In this document: positions 56,744 through 64,000 of the stretch, in pieces
Layout: each line of letters begins with the position of its first letter
Position numbering within the stretch: position 1 is the stretch's first letter
From: Oscillospiraceae bacterium
GTDB lineage: Bacteria; Bacillota; Clostridia; Oscillospirales; CAG-272
Length of the DNA: 64,000 bases
Direction of reading: 5' to 3'
NCBI GenBank assembly: GCA_015064385.1
Contig: SVSI01000008.1
Location: 728 to 64,727, forward strand
Notes under the pieces: generated by a model
What the model saw: only the letters and a program-made list of their open reading frames with translations
Databases searched by the model: none
What the model was told of the DNA's origin: nothing
Position numbers and translations under genes: made by a program

Positions 56744-58126
56744 ATGCGTGACTGTCTCGCATATGCGGCGGGCGATCTCGGATGCAACATGAGCTTTGCA
56801 CTCAAGGGAACTATGGCCATATTCTGGACACAGTTCATGAAAATGGATCTTTGGTACGCACTTCTTCTGATCATCGTTCAGGTTTGGGATGCTATCAATG
56901 ACCCGCTTATCGGTTCTGTAATAGACGCAGATAAGCACCGCTACAAGAGAAACAAATTCCTTACCTATATATGGGCAGGTTCTCTGGGACTTATCGTAGG
57001 CGGAGCATGCTGCTTCCTTCCTTTCCCGAACGCACCCGTATGGGCTAAGTTTATTATCTTCATTGCAGGATACGTAGTTTGGGACGCATTCTATACCGTT
57101 GCAAACGTTCCTTACGGCTCGCTTCTTTCGCTCATTTCGGACGACGTTCAGGACAGAGCATCGCTCTCCGCATGGCGTTCGGTCGGATCTATCTTCGGAA
57201 ATATGCTTCCGATGGTAATTCTCCCCTTCATTATTTACGATTCCAACGATAACCTTATCGGTGAGAGAGTGTTCATTGCCGCTCTTATTATGGGTGTTCT
57301 CGGATTTATTTGCTTCCAGTTTATGATCAGAAACACCGAGATCCGCGTTGATACCGAAACCCGTATCGACGAGGAAATGCCCAAGTTCAACGTTTTCAAG
57401 GCGTTCGGAAACTTTGTAAAGAACCGTCCCGCGGTAGGTGCAACCATCGCCGCTATGGGTATGTTCATCGGTATGCAGGGTGCTACCACCGCAGTTACTG
57501 TTATATTCCAGTCTTACTATAACAACGTAAAGATCTCGGGTATCGTTCAGCTCTTTGCTATGATCCCGATCGTATTATTCACTCCTCTTGCAAGAAAAGC
57601 GGTTGCAAGATTCGGTAAGAAGGAGCTTGCTACCTTCGGCTCGATCTGCTCGATGCTCGCAGGTCTCGGACTTTTCATAGTTATTCCCGAAAACACGAAT
57701 CTCGACCTTATTCTCTACATCGTATTCCAGCTCATATTCTCGCTCGGTCTCGGCATCTATTCCACCGTTTCGTGGGCTATGATGGGTGACGCTATCGACT
57801 ATAACGAGTGGAAATTCGGAACCCGCGAGGAGGGAACCGTTTACTCGCTCCACTCCTTCTTCCGTAAGCTCGCACAGGGCATCGGCCCCTCGCTCGTTCT
57901 CATTATAATGGTGGCTTTCGGATACGTTGGCGCAGACGAAGGAAATCAGGCGTGGCAGGTAGCTATCAATATGCGTTATATCGTTGCAGCAACCTTTATG
58001 TTCTCGGCAGTACTCCAGTTTATCGGACTTGGACTCGTATATAACCTTGACAAGAAGACTCTTGCAAAAATGAACGAGGATCTTGGACGCAATGTTGAAG
58101 TAACCGACGGCGACTCCAACAATTAA
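56744..58126 (+). CDS. GPH-family (glycoside-pentoside-hexuronide):cation symporter; 5' end probably extends to ATG 56697 across a 1-nt frame offset
   Basis: 12 TM segments and the GPH N-terminal signature ..LAYAAGDLGCNMSF. The frame is open from 56681, but the well-placed RBS/ATG at 56697 is in another frame. Confidence 0.85.
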   Translation: MRDCLAYAAGDLGCNMSFALKGTMAIFWTQFMKMDLWYALLLIIVQVWDAINDPLIGSVIDADKHRYKRNKFLTYIWAGSLGLIVGGACCFLPFPNAPVWAKFIIFIAGYVVWDAFYTVANVPYGSLLSLISDDVQDRASLSAWRSVGSIFGNMLPMVILPFIIYDSNDNLIGERVFIAALIMGVLGFICFQFMIRNTEIRVDTETRIDEEMPKFNVFKAFGNFVKNRPAVGATIAAMGMFIGMQGATTAVTVIFQSYYNNVKISGIVQLFAMIPIVLFTPLARKAVARFGKKELATFGSICSMLAGLGLFIVIPENTNLDLILYIVFQLIFSLGLGIYSTVSWAMMGDAIDYNEWKFGTREEGTVYSLHSFFRKLAQGIGPSLVLIIMVAFGYVGADEGNQAWQVAINMRYIVAATFMFSAVLQFIGLGLVYNLDKKTLAKMNEDLGRNVEVTDGDSNN

Positions 58127-58197
58127 CAGAACTTTCAAGGCGCCCGACAGTATAAAGTATTGTCGGGCTCCTTTTATAAGACCAAAGGAGAAAATAA

Positions 58198-60471
58198 ATG
58201 AGAAACGTAGTAAAACTTAATGACAACTGGCTTTTTGTTAAAGACTGCACCGATATTGCAACTATTGAAGGAGAGCAGGTAAACATTCCTCACTCGTGGA
58301 ACGCTATCGACGGTCAGGACGGCGGAAACGACTATTTCCGCGGCTCTTGCCTTTACAAGAAGTCACTGAAGAAAGCAGACCTTCCCGAAGCAGACCTTTA
58401 TTACATCGAGTTTAGAGGCACCAACTCGTCCGCAGACCTTTACGTTAACGGAAAGGCGCTCGCTCACCACGACGGCGGATATTCGACCTGGAGAGTAAAT
58501 ATCACCGAGTCGCTTGCAGAGGAAAACGAGATCGCTCTTATCGTTGAAAACACGATAAACGAGACCGTCTATCCCCAGATGGCAGACTTCACCTTCTACG
58601 GCGGTATCTACCGTGACGTAAACCTTATCTGCGTAAATAACGCGCACTTTGACCTCGATTATTACGGCGCGCCCGGACTTATGATCACCCCCATAGTTGA
58701 GGGCAAGGACGCAAAGGTTGAGGTTGAGGTATTCGTAAAGAATATCAAAGAGGGACAGAAGCTCGTCTATACCATTTACGATAAGGACGAAAACGAGCTT
58801 TACAAGATCGAAGGAAACGATACCAAGGTCACCTTCGAGATAAAGGACGTTCACCTCTGGCATGGCCGTAAGGATCCCTACCTCTACTGCTGTGAGGTCG
58901 AGATTACCGAGGGAGACGAGATAATTGATAACGTATGCAACCGCTTCGGCTGCCGCAGCTTCAAGATCGATCCCGATAACGGATTTATCCTTAACGGCGA
59001 GGAATATCCTCTCCGCGGCGTATCCCGCCATCAGGACAGATGGGGTGTAGGCAACGCACTTCTTCCCGAGCATCACGTTGAGGATATCGACCTTATTTGT
59101 GAGGTCGGAGCTACCACTATCCGTCTTGCTCACTACCAGCACGATCAGTATTTCTACGATCTCTGCGACGAGAGAGGTCTCGTTATCTGGGCGGAGATCC
59201 CCTATATCTCAAAGCATATGCCCACCGGACGCGATAATACCATCTCGCAGATGAAGGAGCTTGTTGCTCAGAACTATAATCACCCCTCGATAGTCGTTTG
59301 GGGACTTTCCAACGAGATCTCGATCGGCGGCTCGGACGAAGATCTTCTTGAGAACCACAGGATCCTCAATGATCTTGTTCACGAGATGGATAAGACCCGT
59401 CTCACCACCATCGCGGCAGTTTCGATGTGTAAGATGGACGATCCCTACCTCCTTATCCCCGACGTAGTTTCCTATAACCACTACTTCGGCTGGTACGGAG
59501 GAGACACCACGATGAACGGCCCTTGGTTCGATAAATTCCACGAGATGCACCCGAACATTCCGATCGGATGCTCCGAGTACGGTTGCGAGGCGCTCAACTG
59601 GCACACCAGCGATCCGAAGCAGGGCGACTACACCGAGGAATATCAGGCGTACTACCACGAGGAGCTTATAAAGCAGCTCTTCACGAGAAAATATATTTGG
59701 GCAACTCACGTATGGAATATGTTCGATTTCGGCGCAGACGCGAGAGCAGAGGGCGGCGAGAACGGACAAAACCATAAGGGACTTGTCACTATGGACAGAA
59801 AGTATAAGAAGGACGCTTTCTACGCTTACAAGGCGTGGCTCGTTTCTCCCGAGACCGACCCCTTCGTACACCTTTGCTCCAAGAGATATATCGACAGAGT
59901 TGAGGACGTGACCAAGGTCACCGTTTACTCCAACCTCCCCGAGGTCGAGCTCTTCGTCAACGGTGAGAGCATCGGCAAGAAGACGGCAGAGGATCATTTC
60001 TTCTACTTTGACGTAAAGAACGTCGGCGAGAGCACTATCGTTGCAAAAGCGGGTGAGCTTACAGACGAGGGCAAGATCCGCAAGGTTGACGAAATGAATA
60101 TGGACTACGTTCTCGTTGAAAAGGGAGCAGTTCTCAACTGGTTCGACATTGACGCACCCGAGGGACGCTTCTCCTTAAACGATAAGATCGCAGACATTAT
60201 GGAGTCAAAGAGAGGAAAGCTCTGGTTCATTGGCGTTGGTCTTAAGATCAAGAAGAAGATGGACGCCGGCAAAAAGGATCCCGATAAGAAGAAATCGGGC
60301 GGCTTTGAGGTCGATCTCAAGGCAGACGGCGGACTTATGCAGATGATGGGCGGTTTTACCGTTCTTCGACTCACGAGTATGATGGGAATGATGAACGTAA
60401 ACTTCACCAAGGAAGAGCTTCTCAAGATGAACAAGAAGCTCAACAAGATAAAAAAGCCCAAGAAAAAGTAA
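58198..60471 (+). CDS. Glycoside hydrolase family 2 (beta-galactosidase/beta-glucuronidase class)
   Basis: LNDNWLF, HYQHDQYFYDLCDERGLVIWAEIP, NHPSIVVWGLSNE (acid/base) and SEYGCE (nucleophile); 757 aa. Confidence 0.88.
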   Translation: MRNVVKLNDNWLFVKDCTDIATIEGEQVNIPHSWNAIDGQDGGNDYFRGSCLYKKSLKKADLPEADLYYIEFRGTNSSADLYVNGKALAHHDGGYSTWRVNITESLAEENEIALIVENTINETVYPQMADFTFYGGIYRDVNLICVNNAHFDLDYYGAPGLMITPIVEGKDAKVEVEVFVKNIKEGQKLVYTIYDKDENELYKIEGNDTKVTFEIKDVHLWHGRKDPYLYCCEVEITEGDEIIDNVCNRFGCRSFKIDPDNGFILNGEEYPLRGVSRHQDRWGVGNALLPEHHVEDIDLICEVGATTIRLAHYQHDQYFYDLCDERGLVIWAEIPYISKHMPTGRDNTISQMKELVAQNYNHPSIVVWGLSNEISIGGSDEDLLENHRILNDLVHEMDKTRLTTIAAVSMCKMDDPYLLIPDVVSYNHYFGWYGGDTTMNGPWFDKFHEMHPNIPIGCSEYGCEALNWHTSDPKQGDYTEEYQAYYHEELIKQLFTRKYIWATHVWNMFDFGADARAEGGENGQNHKGLVTMDRKYKKDAFYAYKAWLVSPETDPFVHLCSKRYIDRVEDVTKVTVYSNLPEVELFVNGESIGKKTAEDHFFYFDVKNVGESTIVAKAGELTDEGKIRKVDEMNMDYVLVEKGAVLNWFDIDAPEGRFSLNDKIADIMESKRGKLWFIGVGLKIKKKMDAGKKDPDKKKSGGFEVDLKADGGLMQMMGGFTVLRLTSMMGMMNVNFTKEELLKMNKKLNKIKKPKKK

Positions 60472-60473
60472 AC

Positions 60474-60516
60474 AAAAAATGCGTTTGAGATCTAATTCTC
60501 AAACGCATTTTCTTTT
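60474..60516. terminator. Bidirectional intrinsic terminator
   Basis: A 14-bp stem AAATGCGTTTGAGA / TCTCAAACGCATTT. It overlaps the last codons of the - strand 69-aa ORF. Confidence 0.85.
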
Positions 60517-60701
60517 GGAAGGATCTTCATATATTCGTCAAATCGGTGTTCTCTTATCGGCATAACGCCATGCCTTGCATCGTCAAAAATGAGGATAAGC
60601 GCGGGAGAGATTCCCTTGTAGCTCTCGGTGAAATAATAATTTAGTAGCTTGCCCTCGCTTATAAGACGTCTTGCGGTCGCGTGATAATTAAAATACGGCA
60701 T
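60492..60701 (-). CDS. Conserved-looking small hypothetical protein (69 aa)
   Basis: The ORF has a plausible composition (MPYFNYHATARRLISEGKL...). I cannot assign a function. Confidence 0.4.
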   Translation of the reverse strand: MPYFNYHATARRLISEGKLLNYYFTESYKGISPALILIFDDARHGVMPIREHRFDEYMKILPKENAFEN

Positions 60702-60767
60702 TTTTTAGCTCCTTTTTATAATAGTATTAAAAAAATCGGAGATACTATTCAAAAAGGAGATGATATA

Positions 60768-61202
60768 GTGATAGAACACGATACGGTAAAGCTTCTGCGC
60801 GAATGTGACGCGGGAGTAAAAATGGGCGTTGAATCTATTGACGAGGTGATGCCTTACGTGCGCTCGGAAAAGTTCAAAAAGTATTTAAGCGACTGCAAAA
60901 GAGCACACGATAAGCTTAAGACCGAGATCGGCGAAATGCTGGATAAATATGGGGACGACGGCAAGAATCCCAACCCGATAGCGAAAGGAATGTCATCGGT
61001 CAAAACGAACGTAAAGCTCGTTATGAGCGAGTCGGACGAAACGATAGCCGATCTTATGACCGACGGATGCAATATGGGTGTTAAGTCGCTCAACAGATAC
61101 CTCAATCAGTACGAGGCGGCAGACGAGGTGTCCAAAGACGTGGCAAAACGCCTTATAAATCTCGAGGAAAAGCTCGCAATAGATATTCGTCAATTCCTTT
61201 GA
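60768..61202 (+). CDS. Hypothetical helical protein (144 aa)
   Basis: GTG start 6 nt after AAAGGAGATGA. The sequence is predicted all-helical, has conserved Cys (LRECDAGVKMG, DGCNMGVKS), and resembles small four-helix-bundle proteins common in Clostridia. Confidence 0.45.
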   Translation: MIEHDTVKLLRECDAGVKMGVESIDEVMPYVRSEKFKKYLSDCKRAHDKLKTEIGEMLDKYGDDGKNPNPIAKGMSSVKTNVKLVMSESDETIADLMTDGCNMGVKSLNRYLNQYEAADEVSKDVAKRLINLEEKLAIDIRQFL

Positions 61203-61231
61203 AAAAAGCAGGTCTTTCGACCTGCTTTTTT
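61202..61231. terminator. Bidirectional intrinsic terminator
   Basis: AAAAAAGCAGGTC-TTTC-GACCTGCTTTTTT. Confidence 0.9.
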
Positions 61232-61235
61232 GCTT

Positions 61236-63353
61236 TTAGAGTGCTTCTGCAAGGAAGAGCTCTGCCGTGAGAGCACCCTTGATATTACATACGATGCCCT
61301 TGTATTTAAGCTCATATCCCGATACCACGAAGCTTTCCTTTGCCGATACTGCGGTGATCTTGTAATTCTTGCTTGCATCAATACCCTTGAAGCGTACGAT
61401 CTGCTCGCTTTCTTTCGGATCGCAGAGAGCGAAAACTCCGAGCATGGCGCGATTTTTGTCCTCTGATACGCTTTCGAGTATGCCGACTCCCTTCGGCTCG
61501 CAGTCGTCAAACGACGGCGTATGGTGGTATATTTTGCACGTCGGAAGCATCGGACGTGCAAAGCTTCTGTAAAGCTCCATAAATTCCTCGAATTTGCCGA
61601 TCTGCAAGGGATTTTCAGGAGTTTCTGCGGGGAAATGCGAGGTCGGGCGCACGAACATAAGCTGATAGAGCTGGAACTCAAGCGATGCCATCTTCGGAGC
61701 ACCCATCGAGGTCACGAGGCGGTCAACAAGCTCGGGAGGCAGGCACATGGTCATACCGTTTGTGATGGCAAAGCATCTCGGTGCTACCGGATTGTCGGTT
61801 ACCCACGTGTGATCGAAATATTTCGTACTGCCAAGATCGCTTCGTCCTCCGCCCGACGCGCAGTTTTCAAATATCACGTTCGGATATTTTGCTCTTATGC
61901 GGTCGAACATTGCACCGAAATTCTCGTAGTAACGGAAATCGTTGCCCTCCATATAGCCGTCCTGCATTCTGTACGTGAACGAGGAGATCACTTCCCATAC
62001 GGCGTTGTAGTCAAGGCGGAACATATCAATTCCGGTCTTTTCTATCATTTGGCAGATCTGATCTTCAATATAGGCGAGGCACTCGGTATCTGCAAGATTG
62101 TACTGTCCGCCTTTGGCGGTGACTCCCTCGCCGCGCTTACCCGTGTGGTTTTCGCACATCATATGCTCGTGTTTGTCGAAAAGACCTTCCGCGCCGAGAT
62201 GTATGCCAAGACGCTCGGGCTCCATCCAAAGACCGAATTTTATACCGCAGGCGTGTGCTCTGTCAATGAGCGGCTTTATGCCGTTCGGGAAGCGGGTGGG
62301 ATCAACGTCCCATTTTCCCGTCCAGTGGTTCCACGGCTTTCCCGGAGGATAGTACCAACCGGCGTCAATGTAAACTATGTCAAAGCCGCGCTTTGCCGCA
62401 AGCTCTACATTTCCGCATGTCTCTAGATAACAGCCCTCGCCGTGAGGCCTTCTCATAACCGCCTTTCTTATATGGGTGTGCATCTGGTGAATCGCGTCGT
62501 CCATATCGCCGTTTACCATAGATATAATGACCTCGGGAGTTGTCACGGTCTCGCCCGCCGCGATCACACGGAGGGGCTTTACGCCGTCAAGCTCGCAGGA
62601 ATATGAGAGGTGACCGTCATTTGTCGTTCCTCTGAAATCAAAGGAAAATCTGTATCCACCCGAATATGCAAGCTGTACCGCATAGCAGGTGCCCTTTGCT
62701 TTGTTTTCAAGAATATAGAACGGGTGACGGAAGCGGTCGCGGGTGTAGCGTCCGCCAAAAGAGAAGCAGTCCTCGGGAAGAGTGTGCCATTTGAACTGTC
62801 CCTCGTGAAGATGCTCGGTGTTTTCAAAATAACCGAGGCGGTAGGGAGAGCTTTCTTTGTCTTGAAGAAGCTTTTGCCAGTTTGGAGTCATTTCGAGCAT
62901 ACCCGACATAATAGCGAGCTTGCCCATGGCAACCGGCTTGTTATCAAGATTTTTTATCTCAAGCCATCTTGAAAAGCAACCGGAACCGTCGATTTTAGTG
63001 CAAACGGTGACCTCAACGGGACGTTTCTTATGACGAAGAGTGACTCTTGTGTTCAGTATTTCGTTTTCTTCACTTTTTTCGCTATCGATAAGCTCCCAAA
63101 ACGAAACGAGAGTCTGTCCGTCTATTTCAACGGAAAAGGCGCATTTTCCTTCAATATCAAGGATATTGCTTCTATCGTGGTTTGAGTTTACCATCATTCC
63201 GGGCGAGAGATTGTATCCGATCCCGTTAAAGCCGAGCGCACGGAACTCTCCTTTAATGAGACTTTCACCGTAAGTAGGCAGTCCGACACGGTAGTTAAAT
63301 ATAACGTCGTCGCCGTTTTTCGATATCTGAAAATCACGGAAGGTGTTTGTCAT
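61236..63353 (-). CDS. Alpha-galactosidase, glycoside hydrolase family 36
   Basis: FDIVYIDAGWY, GKWDVDPTRFPNGIKPLIDRAHACGIKFGLWMEPE and CASGGGR blocks. Start set at MTNTFRDF, 7 nt after GGAGGA. Confidence 0.85.
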   Translation of the reverse strand: MTNTFRDFQISKNGDDVIFNYRVGLPTYGESLIKGEFRALGFNGIGYNLSPGMMVNSNHDRSNILDIEGKCAFSVEIDGQTLVSFWELIDSEKSEENEILNTRVTLRHKKRPVEVTVCTKIDGSGCFSRWLEIKNLDNKPVAMGKLAIMSGMLEMTPNWQKLLQDKESSPYRLGYFENTEHLHEGQFKWHTLPEDCFSFGGRYTRDRFRHPFYILENKAKGTCYAVQLAYSGGYRFSFDFRGTTNDGHLSYSCELDGVKPLRVIAAGETVTTPEVIISMVNGDMDDAIHQMHTHIRKAVMRRPHGEGCYLETCGNVELAAKRGFDIVYIDAGWYYPPGKPWNHWTGKWDVDPTRFPNGIKPLIDRAHACGIKFGLWMEPERLGIHLGAEGLFDKHEHMMCENHTGKRGEGVTAKGGQYNLADTECLAYIEDQICQMIEKTGIDMFRLDYNAVWEVISSFTYRMQDGYMEGNDFRYYENFGAMFDRIRAKYPNVIFENCASGGGRSDLGSTKYFDHTWVTDNPVAPRCFAITNGMTMCLPPELVDRLVTSMGAPKMASLEFQLYQLMFVRPTSHFPAETPENPLQIGKFEEFMELYRSFARPMLPTCKIYHHTPSFDDCEPKGVGILESVSEDKNRAMLGVFALCDPKESEQIVRFKGIDASKNYKITAVSAKESFVVSGYELKYKGIVCNIKGALTAELFLAEAL

Positions 63354-63454
63354 ATAGACGTCCTCCAAAAGGCATTTTTTTATATTATATCACATATAAA
63401 GATTAAAAAATATAGATTTTGAACACAAAAATAGGATCTTTGTAGCTATATTAT

Positions 63455-63488
63455 AAAAAAGATCCGAAGCACCGCTCGGATCTTTTTT
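63455..63488 (-). terminator. Intrinsic terminator after the partial GH2 gene
   Basis: AAAAAAGATCCGA..TCGGATCTTTTTT. Confidence 0.8.
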
Positions 63489-63491
63489 GTA

Positions 63492-64000
63492 TCAGCTGTT
63501 TTTGTACTCAACGATCTTTCTTATTTCCTCTATGGGAAGCTTTACCTCGGCTCTGTCGTGAGTGATAAGTCCGTTGACCTCGTCCTCAACGTCTGCAAGC
63601 TGCGTATAAACAGCCGCGGCAAGTCCTTTCTTGATGGCAGGGAAGATCTGCTCGCCGTACAGCTTTTCAAGTGCTTTTTTAAGCTCTTCGGGGGACTTAA
63701 GATGCTTGTATCCGAAATCGCGCTCGGTGAACGAATGTCCCTCTACACGGTAGTTGTATCCGCCGAACTCGCTGAGTACGACCGCACGGCCGTGTTTGTC
63801 ACGCTTGAAGCGGTATTTGGTAAAATAAACGTGCCAGCTTTTGACGTCGCTGATTCCCTGATCGTGCCAGCCGCTTGCGTGGTCGATGGTCCTCGTTTTA
63901 TCTATCGAGCGAATAAGCTCGCACGCCTTTTGAGCGTCAAACTGTCCCCAGCCCTCGTTGAAGGGCACCCACATTGCGATGGACGGTACGTTTATAAGCT
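63492..64000 (-). CDS. Glycoside hydrolase family 2, C-terminal part (5' end beyond the window)
   Basis: The frame is open to nt 64000 (..LINVPSIAMWVPFNEGWGQ..). VVLSEFGG resembles the GH2 nucleophile region. Confidence 0.7.
   Translation of the reverse strand, partial: LINVPSIAMWVPFNEGWGQFDAQKACELIRSIDKTRTIDHASGWHDQGISDVKSWHVYFTKYRFKRDKHGRAVVLSEFGGYNYRVEGHSFTERDFGYKHLKSPEELKKALEKLYGEQIFPAIKKGLAAAVYTQLADVEDEVNGLITHDRAEVKLPIEEIRKIVEYKNS

Overview
This 64-kb chromosomal window looks like a Gram-positive, Clostridia-like (Bacillota) genome. The evidence is GGAGG-type ribosome-binding sites, several exact TTGACA-17-TATAAT promoters, and the gene content (sortase signal, LCP, ECF-RibU, SigA, ComFC, RecD2).

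Layout:
1. 1-21.2 kb, + strand: a capsule/exopolysaccharide locus. It holds GT2, an EpsG/Wzy-like polymerase, a GT, Wzx, the L-FucNAc genes fnlA-fnlB-(vanZ)-fnlC, and a CapD/PglF-like dehydratase. A second promoter follows, then a fused Wzz/tyrosine-kinase, CpsB phosphatase, a sortase-signal protein, LCP, a PglE-like aminotransferase, a PglC-like priming transferase, a PLP-like protein, an ATP-grasp ligase and two GTs.
2. 21.2-35.4 kb: a GH39-like hydrolase and an AEC transporter. Then, all on the - strand: a lipoprotein S1C protease with collagen-like triplets, an OmpR/HK pair, a Cthe_2159-like beta-helix lipoprotein, and a CBM9-like/MATE/DUF4340/GldG/ABC-2/ABC-ATPase operon.
3. 35.6-52.3 kb: core genes. 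These are a nucleoside hydrolase, dnaG-rpoD, an orphan lipoprotein, rpsL-rpsG-fusA-tuf, FMN riboswitch-ribU, SAM-I riboswitch-metK, recD2 and comFC.
4. 52.3-53.3 kb: an initiator tRNA-Met gene followed by two arrays of long tandem repeats (165 bp and 120 bp).
5. 53.3-64 kb: a sugar-utilisation cluster with uxuB-like SDR, uxuA, AraC, a GPH transporter, GH2, GH36 and a second, partial GH2.

I found no CRISPR array, transposase, integrase or recognisable defence system. The least explained sequence is the tRNA-proximal repeat region. The most interesting coding feature is the 4-amino-sugar module, which carries an ATP-grasp/PLP pair where an N-acetyltransferase would be expected. All homology calls come from motif recognition by eye; no database search was run.
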